Of a stretch of DNA of 64,000 bases, positions 12,021 through 24,300 are shown in pieces. Below the pieces are notes generated by a model that worked only from the letters and a program-made list of their open reading frames with translations, searched no databases and was not told the origin of the DNA. Source of the DNA: Malacoraja senta (taxonomy: Eukaryota); contig CM075998.1 in the NCBI GenBank assembly GCA_038087875.1, forward strand, positions 4,528,001 to 4,592,000, written 5' to 3'. Within the stretch, counting starts at the first letter, position 1. Each line of letters starts with the position of its first letter. The position numbers and the translations under genes were made by a program.

Positions 12021-13656
12021 TGTCATTTTGCATCTCCATTTATCTGGGAGAAAATAATATTAAACTGCAGAAAAGAAAAACAGGAAATGCTGGGAACAGT
12101 CAGGTCAGCCGGCACCATGAAAGAAGAAACTGAGTAAATATAAACCTTGGGCAGTTCTGACAAATGGGCTTTGATCTGAAACATTACTTCTCTCTCCACA
12201 GATGTTGCTCGATCTGGCTAGTATTTTCTGTTTCTATTCCATTTCTCCAGGTCCATTTCAGATGTTTACTGGGTGCTGGGATAATATATACTGGGAAAAA
12301 GGAAAGAAAGAATTGAATGTGCCTTTCATATTGTAGATTGGTTATTGCATGTGAACCAACCAGAGTAATGTACTACCACTAACTCCACCCTACTGTACAC
12401 TTTATATTAACACTCACTTCCCATATTATGTAGTTACACCAGTAGTAGAGATGAACTAACAATGTACTGTACTGCACCATTATGACTGATGATTAAAGCT
12501 GACTTTAAACACCAGACTGTGTCTGTACTGCACTCTACACATATTCTCCAGGTATTCAGTCATTTGCGATTTTAAACAAAAGTTATCCGCTAACTTTAAG
12601 TTAGATTATCAATATACAAGTTAATAAGTTGACAAAATATTAGGAAAGACAATGGACTGTGAGTTCTATGGACAGCAAGACAGCAAATTTGCACATCTTT
12701 GAAAAAATAGCTCTCCCTAGCCACTCCAGCTCAGTCACATTCCAGAGCACAGGTTTCAGGAATGGACAGTGTGACTGAGATGGAGTCAGGTGGAAGAGAA
12801 TTACTGAAAGTTGAGAAGACATCCTAAATACACTGGTCCAATGCAACAGGTGCAATATGCATGACATTTAGAAGCATGTGGTGAAAATTGCAGGGATGAT
12901 CTTAACGTTGACCAAGGCATCATGACGCAGATGCATTTCAAGCAAGGGAGGAATATAATGTAACTGTGAAGGAGATGAGAGATTTTACCATGAAGGGGTT
13001 AGATAATGTTCTCTACACACATAAACACAATTCCCCAAAGTCTGCGTTGCTTACTCAGTTCCAGGGTAAGTGATTTCTTGAGGAGCATGGGAAAGATGGA
13101 GTGTCCTTTGTCATGGTAAATGTTGAAGTAAATAATGTAGGTGGGAAGAGGGAGGACATCCTGTTGGGCGAGTATCAGGATTTAGGAATTAAATTTAAAA
13201 CCAAACGCTCTTGCGATTATTGACGGAGCCATGTGTAAATTGGCAGAGAGACAGACACGTCAGGCTAGTTAATATGTAGCTTAAGAACTGATGTGAGACA
13301 CAGGCACCAGTACTGGGACTGGCTAGTATGGATCTCACCTGATTCGGACTGAAACCAAAGTCCAAGCAGAAACAGTAGATGGAGAAGTAGTAAAGGGTTT
13401 GATTAGTATGACATGAGGAAGGAATCACGAGAAATGTCATCTTCAAAAACTTCTCTGGAGCATTGGATGGTGAGGGATGACCTGATAGAAGTTTATAAAA
13501 TTATGAGAGGCATAGATAGGGTAGACAGTTACAGTCTACCAGGGTTGAAATGTCAAGTACTACAGCGCAAAGGTTTAAGGTGAGAGGAGAGAAATTTAAA
13601 GGAGATTTGTGAGGTGGGTTTTCTACAGGGAGTAATAAAAAGGAACTGCAGATGTT

Positions 13657-14273
13657 ACATAGATACATAGAAAATAGGTGCAGGAGTAGGCCATTCGGCC
13701 CTTCGAGCCTGCACCGCCATTCAATATGATCATGGCTGATCATCCAACTCAGTATCCCGTACCTGCCTTCTCTCCATACCCCCTGATCCCCTTAGCCACA
13801 TCTAACTCCCTCTTAAATATAGCCAATGAACTGGCCTCAACTACCCTCTGTGGCAGAGAGTTCCAGAGATTCACCACTCTCTGTGTGAAAAAGTTTTTCC
13901 TCATCTTGGTCTTAAAGGATTTCCCCCTTATCCTTAAGCTGTGACCCCTTGTCCTGGACTTCCCCAACATCGGGAACAATCTTCCTGCATCTAGCCTGTC
14001 CAACCCCATAAGAATTTTGTACGTTTCTATAAGATCCCCTCTCAATCTCCTAAATTCTAGCGAGTATAAGCCAAGTCTATCCAGTCTTTCTTCATATGAA
14101 AGTCCTGACATCCCAGGAATCAGTCTGGTGAACCTTCTCTGCACTCCCTCTATGGCTATAATGTCCTTCCTCAGATTTGGAGACCAAAACTGTACGCAAT
14201 ACTCCAGGTGTGGTCTCACCAAGACCCTGTACAACTGCAGTAGAACCTCCCTGCTCCTATACTCAAATCCTCT
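13657..14273 (-). mobile_element. Young CR1 3' fragment
   Basis: ORF 13749-14234 nearly identical to the C-terminus of ORF 19658-20776. Confidence 0.95.
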
Positions 14274-14452
14274 TGTTGGTTTATACCAATGATATACACA
14301 AAATGCTGGAGTAACTCATGCTGGAGAACATGGATAGGTTATGTTTCGGGTCGGTACCCTTCTTCAGAATGAAGTCTTCAGACAGTCTGAAGGAGGGTCT
14401 CGACCCGAAATGTCACCTATCCATGCAGCCTGACCCGCTGAGTTACTCCAGA
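14274..14452. mobile_element. Penelope-like inverted terminus pair (its first bases lie at 13638-13657)
   Basis: GTTTCGGGTCGGTACCCTTCTTCAGA ... GTCTGAAGGAGGGTCTCGACCCGAAATGTCACC. Confidence 0.75.
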
Positions 14453-15618
14453 GTTTATACAGAGAGTAGTAGGTGCCTGGAATACGCTGCCAGGAAAACT
14501 GGTGAAAATAGACACAATAGTGGTATTTAAGAGGCAATATGGGTCATGTGCAGTCAGTTTAAATTGGCATCATGATCAGCACAGACATTGTGGGCCAAAG
14601 GGCCTGTTCCCATGCTATACTATGTTGCAGTCAACTTAAATATAAATAAAAAGGAGAATATGGGACAGATTATGCTCAAGGAGAACAGAAAAAGTCAGGG
14701 AATAAATAGAATTACAGAACAATGGAGTGAAAAGATGGTTGGAAAATAAGTGAAAGAAACTGCTATTAAAAATTTGTTCAACTCTGTAAAGCAATGCATA
14801 CAGTGGCTGTAATTAAGTAGGAAAACTGTTGTCACGGGCCAGATTTGGTTACAGAAAAAACTAGGACTGGAAATTTAACATTGTAGTGCACAACATATTT
14901 AGAAACAAAGTGGGAAAGAGGGGAGGCACAATAGCGGGGCTTTTAAATAAAAAATAGCACCATGAGTGTGGACCAAGGCAGCGTGACCGAAATAGAATTG
15001 ACTTGGATAGCGGTAAGAGATACAGAATAAAGCAGTTAATGGAAATCTGAAATAAAGGAGAATGCTGGAAAAGCCCAACAGGTCAGGCAGCATCTGTGAA
15101 GAGCAATAAAATGCCATTACATCACAGTGGTCAATGATAAAAGACCAAAAAACTGCTGATGCTGAAAATCTCAAACATAAATACTCAGTGGGCCTTGTAG
15201 TATCTGTGCTGAAAGAATCAGAGCTCATGCCCGAGATTCATGACACCCCACACCACCAAGAATTGTTATTGACATGATATGTCAAGTAAAAAAGTAACTG
15301 CAAGTTCAGGGTTATCCATTTGACATTCAATTTCTCAAAAGTCATCGATCTGAAACATTAATTCTGTACCTCTCTCTACAGATGCTTCTCATTAATTTCT
15401 GGAACTTACGGCAGATTGAACGCATTTCCCACAGACTGCTCAAATAACAACTTGGCTTTGTGGTACTTACAGAAGATCAATTTATAATGACCTGGGATTC
15501 TCCATCGTGGTCCTTGGTGGTCTTGACCCACACAAGGTTTCAGTACAATGGGAGAGGGTGGCCCTGGGAATCTTTAACATTGATTGCAGTTCACATGGCA
15601 TTGGACAATGAAACTTCC

Positions 15619-15885
15619 TCCAGAACCAGGGGCCACAGTCTAAGAATAAAGGGGAGGCCATTTAAAACTGAGATGAGAAAAAACGTTTTCACCCAGACAG
15701 TTGTGAATTTGTGGAATTCTCTGCCACAGAAGGCAGCAGAGGCCAATTCACTGGATGAATTTAAAAGAGAGTTAGATAGAGCTCTAGGGACTAGCGGAAT
15801 CAAGGGATATGGGGAGAAGGCAGGCACGGGTTACTGATTGTGGATGATCAGCCATGATCACAATGAATGGCAGTGCTGGCTCGAA
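15619..15885 (+). mobile_element. CR1 3' fragment
   Basis: SRTRGHSLRIKGRPFKTEMRKN...GYGEKAGTGY*. Confidence 0.9.
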
Positions 15886-17254
15886 CTTCAGAAGGTGAAG
15901 GTAGACTAATGTGCAATTTGAAATGAAATATTTGTATTTGAAACAAATACATGAGAACTATTATATGAACTAATCAATCTCAATAAGCATGAATGATTTG
16001 GTTGCATAGATTATATATGTGCAGTGAAAAAGTAACAAAGGCACCATTACACATATTAAACGATTTGACAGAAGGAGATATTGTGTCAGGGAACTGGTGA
16101 ATGGCCAATGTTATACCTACATTTATGAAGGAAAATAGAACATGTCCAGGGAACTATAGATCAGTCTGCTTCATATAAAAAAAATATGGAATATGCATTT
16201 AAGGAGAAAAGCATCTTGAACTAAAAATATAATGATGAATCATGAATATGGATTTTAAAATACAAAGCTTTTGCTTGCCCAATCTCATTGAATTCTTTAG
16301 AGAGGTAACACAAAAGAAAAGGCACAGCAATAGATGCAAAATATCTAATTTTCAAAAGATCTCCAATAGACCACCACATATTAATTTATGAATGTCAGAA
16401 CATACAGAATCAGGAGACATGTTGAATAATAATAGAAGGTAGACAAAAAATGCTGGAGAAACTCAGAGGGTGAGGCTGCATCTATGGAGAGAAGGAATAA
16501 TGCATAGTTCACCGACCACAAGACAGAAAGCAGATTAAATGGTAGCTATTCATTGGTAATAGATGGTATCTGGGACCCCGAAAGGGTCATTGCTAAGATC
16601 ACTTCTGTTTACAATTTATATTAACAATTTATGCTTTAGAATAAAAATTAAAATAACAACATTTTGAAAAAATGCCACATTGAAAAGAATAACTGGGAAA
16701 GAAGCAAATTGAATATATTTTGGTCAGCATTGAGCACTGTTGGCTTGCACTAACCTCAAAACATGTCATACTTACCTCAGACACTTATCCCAGCAGAAAC
16801 ATGCAGAAACTGTAATGAGGATCCTTCATAGTGAGGCCCTGCACAGCAAAAGGGCCTTCCACATTGTACGAGGCAGGATATGGAACAGCCAAAACAAATC
16901 CTGCCTTCAAAATAAATAGAGCTGTCAAACTCTGAAAAACATTACATTTCTGATACATTCAATCATATAAAAAAACTTGAAAATTAGAAAACAAAGAACT
17001 TCACCCACGTTTGCTTTCTCAATAAGTTAAAAATCAGTTGATGATTTAAATTTAAATGAAATGATATTGAATTAAACATTTTAAATAAGTTTTTCTATTA
17101 ACCTAATAACTTATGTGAAAATCTTTCATGTTATCAAACTCCCACGGTGGCTCTGTTCCATCAAATAGAGGAGAGGAGACCCTTTGCACTTGCTTGGAAC
17201 TGAGTTTTATGACCAGAAGAATAAGGGTGGCTAATATTCAGCTTTTATTTAAGA

Positions 17255-17666
17255 ATCATCATCATCGTCAGTTGAAACGAGTATGACTGTCCTCTTTTGG
17301 GAGGACGCCTGTGCGTGACTTTGTTTAACGTGGGGAGACTTGTGCACAGACAGCCACCACACGGTGCTTGACAGATCTGGGTCAGGATCCAGTGGCATGG
17401 AGTCCAAGACGACCGGGGACCCTTTTCTGCTGCAGCCTTATCCGTCTTCCGAGCCGTTGTGATGCTCCACTAAAGTCAGCCATCGTCCCTCCGCCTGTTC
17501 CACTGTTGAGATCTTGGTTGGATTGCTCTTTGTCAGGGACCTCCCCCTCGACCTGTACCGCCATGAATGGCCCTACCAGGAGCAGAACTCCAGACGGCAT
17601 CGCTCTCAGGATCTCAGGACCACACAAGCTTCTCCACCACGACAAGGTGACAATCCATGGAGAATT
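17255..17666 (-). mobile_element. Non-autonomous RTE-clade-like element
   Basis: Minus strand begins CCATGGATTGTCACCTTGTCGTGGTGGAGAAGCTTG (resembles RTE/BovB-type 5' UTRs), ends (GAT)n; TTTAAGAA repeated on both flanks. Confidence 0.6.
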
Positions 17667-19050
17667 TTAAGAAAGGCTGTGAGGACGAGCTAATGAACCT
17701 TACAACAATGGTGGGAAAGTTAGTGGAGGGTATTCTGAGACAGGATCTATCTGCACTTGGAAATGCAAGGACAGGTGAGGGATAGTCTGCATGACTTTGT
17801 GTGTGGAAAATGATGTCTCATGAATCTTTTGAGTTTGTGATGAGGTGACTGAGAGTTTTACCAAGGGCAGGGTGGTAGATGTTGTCTACATGGACTTTAG
17901 CAAGGCTTTTGACAATGTCCTGCATGGTAGACTGGTCGGAAGGTTAGAGCACATTAGATCCAGATTGAGCTAATCAATTGGACACAACATTGGCCTGAGG
18001 GAAGGAGTCAGGGAGTGGTAGTAGGGGTTGTTTTACAGATTGGAGGCCTGTGACCAGTGGTGTGCTGCAGGGATGGGTGCTTGGTCCCCACTTATATATT
18101 AACGATTTGGATGAGAATGTAGGTGGCATGATTAGTAAATTTGCAGACTACGCCAACGTTGGTGGTGTGGTGGACAGTAAAGATGGCTGCCTCTTAGATA
18201 TTGTGCACAATTCTAGTCGCCATACTATAGGAAGGATACGATGAAGCTAGAGAGGTGCAGAAGAGACTCACAAGGATGTTGCTGGGACTGGAGGACTTGT
18301 TATGAAGAGAGATTGGATAGGTTGAGTCTCTCTTCTCTGGAGCGAAGGAGGCTGATGGGTAACCTTATAGAGAGGCATAAAAAATAAGGATTATCATAGT
18401 GTTTTTCCCAGAGCATGGGAGTCTAAATTAGAGGGCTAACTTTTAAGTGAAGGGGAAAGATTTAAAGGGGAAAGATTTAAAGTTTTGCGCACAGAACGTG
18501 GTGAATATATGGAATGAACTGCCAGAGGAAACGAGAGAGTGAGTACAATTTCGACCAGCCCCGACGCAAGGTTCGATCGCCCGGTGCGGGGGAGCTGACA
18601 TCCCCTCGATGCGGGAGCGGATCGCCTCAACGCGGAGGGCCCGAACGTCGCCGGCTACGGAAGTCAAGACCGTCCCGTCAACGGGGGCTCGAGGCTCACG
18701 ACCGAGGAAGAACTAAGGGAAAGGACTTGAACTTTATTTCGCCTTCCATCACAGTGAGGAATGTGTAGGAGTCACTATGGTGGATGGTCATGTTAAAATG
18801 TGTTTTGAATGATCTTTTAATTGTATGACTGACCTGGCCAGTGAAATTCCTCGTATGTTATAAAACATACTTGGCGAATAAAATCTGATTCTGATTCTGA
18901 TTACAACATTCAAAAGCTATTTGGTCAGGAGAGGTTGAGGGATATGGGCCAAAAGCCGGCAAAAGGGATTAGCCCAGGATGACACCTTGGTCAGCATGGA
19001 CGGGTTTGGCCGAAGGGCCTGTTTCGATATTATATAACTCTATGACTGCA
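17667..19050 (+). mobile_element. Older CR1 (RT to 3' end) with an insertion at 18531-18902
   Basis: VDVVYMDFSKAFDNV; SGVLQGWVLGP..YINDLDENVGGMISKFAD; tail GGCCGAAGGGCCTGTTTC. Confidence 0.85.
18531..18902 (+). mobile_element. GC-rich non-coding retroelement with (TCTGAT)n tail
   Basis: CpG-rich insert ending AATAAAATCTGATTCTGATTCTGATT; shares the CCATCACAGTG...CACTRTGGTGG motif with 38236-39077 and 39470-40084. Confidence 0.65.
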
Positions 19051-19710
19051 AAAATGTAACTGTGAGAAGTTCAGTGTCAGAGTGAAACCTATTGTCCAGC
19101 AGCAAGCTCCTGCTGGAATCCTCAGAATTTCCCCATGAATATAAGCAACCATGGAAATCAAAATGTTGCTTTCAATAATGCAAGGTAATGATGATGTAAT
19201 CTGACAACTTCACCATCATTACCCTGAAAAGTCCAAGCCAATTGTAAATGTGAAGAATGGGCATCAAGTTGGCAAATTAATTTCAATGTTAAAAAATGCG
19301 AGGTATTTTGGTAAGAAAAATAAGTCACATATCACTTAAAAAATAAGAATCTAATTGGGGGCAGAGAAGGGAGACGCTCTATAAGTTACAAAGGAGATCA
19401 AACCCATATAGTCACAGGGAGAACATACCATGTACACACAGCATCTGAGGTCAGTATTGAAATGGGTTGCTGGAGCTGAGGCAGCAGCTCTAATAGCTGC
19501 ACCATGAAGAGTGTTAGGATGTTTGTTTTGATAGGTTAGAAAAATTACAGAACAAGAAGTTTTGGTTGTTTTTGTTGCCCTTTACATCCTAAAACACATT
19601 TTAGTCAATTGCAATATAGTGAATAATGAAACGTAGATGGTCCTTTAACCTCCATCTATGCCTCACAGCTTATGTGGTTCGGAATCAAAATTTAATTTAA
19701 TTAAATTTAA

Positions 19711-20873
19711 TAAGAGATTAGGATACAAACTTAAATCACACGGTATTGGGGGTGCAGTATTGATGTGGATAGAGAACTGGCTGGCAAACAGGAAGCAAAG
19801 AGTAGGAGTAAACGGGTCCTTTTTACAATGGCAGGCAGTGACTAGTGGGGTACCACAAGGCTCAGTGCTGGGACCCCAGCTATTTACAATTTATATTAAT
19901 GATCTGGACGAGGGAATTGAAAGCAACATCTCCAAGTTTGCGGATGACACTAAGCTGGGGGGCAGTGTTAGCTGTGAGGAGAATGCTAGGAGACTGCAAG
20001 GTGACTTGGATAGGCTGGGTGAGTGGGCAAATGTTTGGCAGATGCAGTATAATGTGGATAAATGTGAGGTTATCCACTTTGGTGGCAAAAACGGGAAGGC
20101 AGACTATTATCTAAATGGTGGCCGATTAGGAAATGGGGAGGTGCAGCGAGACCTGGGTGTCATGGTACACCAGTCATTGAAAGTAGGCATGCAGGTGCAG
20201 CAGGCAGTGAAGAAAGCGAATGGTATGTTGGCCTTCATAGCAAGAGGATTTGAGTATAGGAGCAGGGAGGTTCTACTGCAGTTGTACAGGGTCTTGGTGA
20301 GACCACACCTGGAGTATTGCGTACAGTTTTGGTCTCCAAATCTGAGGAAGGACATTATAGCCATAGAGGGAGTGCAGAGAAGGTTCACCAGACTGATTCC
20401 TGGGATGTCAGGACTTTCATATGAAGAAAGACTGGATAGACTTGGCTTATACTCGCTAGAATTTAGGAGATTGAGAGGGGATCTTATAGAAACGTACAAA
20501 ATTCTTATGGGGTTGGACAGGCTAGATGCAGGAAGATTGTTCCCGATGTTGGGGAAGTCCAGGACAAGGGGTCACAGCTTAAGGATAAGGGGGAAATCCT
20601 TTAAGACCGAGATGAGGAAAAACTTTTTCACACAGAGAGTGGTGAATCTCTGGAACTCTCTGCCACAGAGGGTAGTTGAGGCCAGTTCATTGGCTATATT
20701 TAAGAGGGAGTTAGATGTGGCCCTTGTGGCTAAAGGGATCAGGGGGTATGGAGAGAAGGCAGGTACGGGATACTGAGTTGGATGATCAGCCATGATCATA
20801 TTGAATGGCGGTGCAGGCTCGAAGGGCCGAATGGCCTACTCCTGCACCTATTTTCTATGTATCTATGTATCTA
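19711..20873 (+). mobile_element. Young 5'-truncated CR1 LINE with uninterrupted RT C-terminal frame
   Basis: ORF 19658-20776 (372 aa): [35 protein letters not shown]; (CTATGTAT)n tail. Confidence 0.95.
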
Positions 20874-21747
20874 TAACTATCAAATGAGAAGCACAGAGGT
20901 GTTTCACTATGTTTAAGATGCTATATAACTGCAATGATTTTGTTAGATGAGCTGAGGTATACAATGTAAACCAACTGAGAAAAACACAAAAAATGTGTAT
21001 ACATGCTTTAAAAAAAAAAAATGTGTCTTTAAATAATTTATAAACAATACCATCTGTCTACAACCTGTTACCAGTTTGGTTCGAGACTAGGCATTTTACC
21101 TGTATATTTCTGTACGATTTTTAAAAGTGGCTATTGTAAAAGGGTTGGCCGATGTTCCTATTTTCATGGTGGTAAATCGCACTGTAGTTTCTAAAGTAGT
21201 GTAGCCACCTGTACGATTACAGTTATGATTACGATTACCTGCACCAATTCATCTGTTTTATTTTTGGTACATGGTATCTGAAAAGCTTAGGATAGCCAGC
21301 TGGCTGAAATTTCTAAATTTACACCAAAATTCAATTCCCTGCGGTGTATATTATATAATTGTCACATTTAATCAATTTTATGATCACATCGACAAAGGAA
21401 GAAGTAACCGTGATTACCCTCTATTGTAATGCTGTCCTACTCTGAGTATAATGTTATACTGCCAAACGTGTGAACTCCAGTACTTAATTATGCATCTAGG
21501 CTTGTCGTTTGCCAGCAACTCTCTTTAGGAACAACAGAAGCATATTTATAAACAGTTTATGACTGGTTTTGAGAGTGGGCGTCGATTTTGTTGTTGGAGG
21601 CAAGGGGGTTGGGCTTGCACGCCGCTTCTCTTGGGAACCCTCTTTTGATCTCGCTGGGTCATCTCCCACCACAGTTTCTGAACAGTTGACATGCAGTTGC
21701 AAAAAGCTGGCGTGGGAGAATCCGCCCCGTGCTTGCAGACAAAATGA

Positions 21748-21978
21748 TGTGGGAAGGAACTGCAGATGCTGGTTTACACCGAAGATAGACACAAAAAGCT
21801 GGAGTAACTCAACGGGACAGGCGGCATCTCTGGAGAGAAGGAATGGGTGACGTTTCGGGTCGAGACCTTTCTTCAGACATGAAGACCAGACCAGGGTCTT
21901 GACCCGAAACATCACCCATTCCTTCTCTCCAGAGATGCTGCCTGTCCCGCTGAGTTACTCCAGCTTTTTGTGTCTATC
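21748..21978. mobile_element. Penelope-like inverted terminus pair
   Basis: ATAGACACAAAAAGCTGGAGTAACTCA...GGGTC and its reverse complement GACCCGAAAC...TGAGTTACTCCAGCTTTTTGTGTCTAT. Confidence 0.85.
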
Positions 21979-22012
21979 CGCGCTTGCAAGACAAACGCCT
22001 TTTGAGGCGAAA

Positions 22013-22031
22013 ACTACAACTCCCAGCTTGC
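22013..22031 (+). promoter_or_regulatory. ZNF143/THAP11-type (ACTACA-SBS) motif
   Basis: ACTACAACTCCCAGCTTGC resembles the vertebrate promoter motif ACTACAnnTCCCA. Confidence 0.7.
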
Positions 22032-22164
22032 AGAGTAGGAACTCCAACCAACTGAAACCGACCCCCCAAAAAAACAAAAATGGGCGTTCGAATTCACATT
22101 TAAGGGTGGAAAGTCGTGTTCTATGAGGTAAACAGGGGGTTTCGATTAACTTTAAACGATCAGA

Positions 22165-22380
22165 AATGCCCAATTTGGCCAATTGTTTACTTTTTCTGGC
22201 GGCTCCCTCCTCGTGACGCACAAACACACCCCTTCCCAACGGGTCACGTGGACAGCTGGGCCCGCACCGCCTGATTGACGTGGGGGGCGGCCAATAGTGA
22301 CGCCGCGGCTGCGTGACGCGGGCTTCCATTGGACGTGCCCCGTGAGAATTGGCCAATGGGAGGAGGGGTGGGCGGGTCCA
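22165..22380 (+). promoter_or_regulatory. CpG-island TATA-less promoter
   Basis: TGACG half-sites near 22214, 22276, 22298, 22314; E-box CACGTG 22245; CCAAT/ATTGG 22291, 22328, 22348, 22353; GC boxes 22284, 22370; high CpG density. Confidence 0.85.
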
Positions 22381-22678
22381 GCGCTGCGGATTCTGAAGCG
22401 CTCGAGGGAGAGGAGTTTGAGGCAGTCAATCCCGGCGCGGAGGGCAAGGGGCGATCGGACTTCAGGTATCGGTGCAGACAGTGGGAGGCTCGAAGGCGAA
22501 TAGTAAATTCGGCAACACACGCACTCCCTACTCGACAGCTTCAACTAAGTCAGCGCTCTCGGTGCGAGTGAAGAGCGACGGTAACAGCGGCTATCACTCG
22601 CCCCTGACAGTCTGACACTGCACCAGGAGACGGAGAACAAGGTCATGTGTGCAGGGCCTGTCCACGGCAGCAACTGAG
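22381..22678 (+). other. Putative first exon (5' UTR) of an unidentified gene; start approximate
   Basis: GC-rich unique sequence after the promoter ending at donor GAG|GTGAGG followed by G-triplets. Confidence 0.65.
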
Positions 22679-23239
22679 GTGAGGGGCTGAGGCTGGGGGC
22701 GGGTTAGAGGAAGGGTCGGGGGCCGGGGAATATAAAGACTGCGAGAGCCAACTTTCAGCAGACCGAGTGTGGAAGGGGCTGCATGTTTGGGGAGCGTTGC
22801 AAGGTTAAACGAGAAAGATCCGAACTATAGTGGCAGTGTAGAAAGAATAATTTTCTGAGGTAGTTGTAATTTTTCGTGTGATAGTTATTTAGTTACGTTT
22901 GTCTCACTTGGTAAATAAATGCCTTTGCGAAATTCTTCTTTGCTCACCTGAATGTTAATGTTAACAGTTTTGATAATCTGCCTCCTGCAGAAGAATCAAC
23001 AGGTGAAGACCTAGCCTTGTCACCTCTAGGGTTAAAATAACTTGCATCGAAGTATTTTATACTCGGGCCACGTCGTTTTCAAAATCCTTTATCTGTGAAG
23101 CGTTTCAACAAGTTTATGCTTTGAACAGTAATCACTTCAGTTGTACTACTAGAGCAAGATTGGTATAGTCAATAATCTTCGCATGTCTAGTGTCGCATCT
23201 TATACAGTAATTACATTTTGAATGACGATGATTGTAAGT

Positions 23240-24080
23240 ATATAAGAACATAACATCACGAGTGGAACATTCCGTCTCTTGCCTACTCTGCCATTCAATA
23301 AAATCGACTGATCTTTCATGCACTAACTCTATTTCTTATTTCCCTTAATATTAATAAATCTGTAAATCTTTATCTTGGACGTACATCATGACTGAGCCTT
23401 CACAGCCCTCCTGGGTAGAATTTTCCAAACGTTGACTATCCTTTAGATGAAGAATTTCCCTCTAATGTTAGTCCTGAATGCTGATACCCTAATTCCAACT
23501 GCAACTCCATGGCCAAGGGAGACATTATCCCCACATTTACCCTATCAACCTGTGAAATCCCATAGGGATTTTGTTTCAGTGAGATCACCTATTTTTCTAA
23601 ACTTGAGGGTGTAGACCCATTTTTTTTTCTCTCACATGGCAAACTACACCCCCCCCCCCAATTCCAGGAATCGGTCTTGTGAGCCCTGTTTGCACTCTCT
23701 CTATTGTAAGTATATCTTTGCTGAAGTAGAGAGATCAGACAGTATTCCAGATTCAGTCTCACAAGGGCCCGCTATGATTTCAGTTGGACATGTCTACTCT
23801 TGTATTTAAAGCCTCTTGCACCAAACTTACCGTTTACCTCCTTAATTGTTTGCTGTCACTGCTCATTAACTTGAAGTGATCCATATGCAAGGACGCCCAG
23901 GTCCCTCTGAACACTCATCTTTTAATATGCCCTGATTTAAATAATATTTCTGCTTTTCTATTTTTTTCTACCATTTTCCATATGATGATCTCACCAATTT
24001 GCGAAGACTGTCCATTTTCCCCAAAGTCTCTCTGCATCCTCTTCACAACTCGCACCCAGCTTTGTATTATCAATTAATAC
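23240..24080 (-). mobile_element. Old CR1 fragment
   Basis: ATAAGAACATAA tail and degenerate similarity to the younger CR1 copies. Confidence 0.65.
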
Positions 24081-24202
24081 AAATGTAGTTCTACATCATT
24101 TTAGCAATGGAAACAATATTTGAAAGTTTAACTTTCAGTGATTAAAACCAGATTGTTATTGGATTAGGTGTCAAACCAGCTTCCTATTTGCCTACCTTGA
24201 CG

Positions 24203-24300
24203 TCTGAAGAAGGGTTTTGGCCCGAAACGTTGCCTATTTCCTTCGCTCCATAGATGCTGCTGCACCCGCTGAGTTTCTCCAGCATTTTTGTGTACCTTCC
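24203..24300 (+). mobile_element. Solo Penelope-like terminus with hammerhead core
   Basis: CTGAAGAAGGGTTTTGGCCCGAAACGTTGCC; 15-bp duplication CTTCCTATTTGCCTA at 24180-24194 and 24296-24310. Confidence 0.85.

Larger units (their letters stand above)
13470..14610 (+). mobile_element. CR1 3' fragment interrupted by a Penelope-like pair and a younger CR1
   Basis: GAGGGATGACCTGATAGAAGTTTATAAAATTATGAGAGG ... resumes at 14452 and ends GTGGGCCAAAGGGCCTGTTCC. Confidence 0.7.
12950..16690 (+). mobile_element. Ancient fragmented CR1 (ORF1 esterase-like ~13060-13310, endonuclease-like ~14780-14940, RT ~15990-16690) hosting nested insertions
   Basis: Degenerate translations VMVNVEVNNVGGKREDILLGEYQDLG; WKFNIVVHNIFRNK; GNYRSVCF and CLPNLIEFFREVT. 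Confidence 0.55.

Noticed and set aside
19658..20776. 372-aa ORF as a host or domesticated gene
   Set aside because: It is the 3' half of CR1 ORF2, near-identical to several other copies, and its ATG comes from flanking DNA
22645..22678. In-frame TGA as a selenocysteine codon
   Set aside because: No downstream coding exon or SECIS identifiable; a uORF stop is simpler
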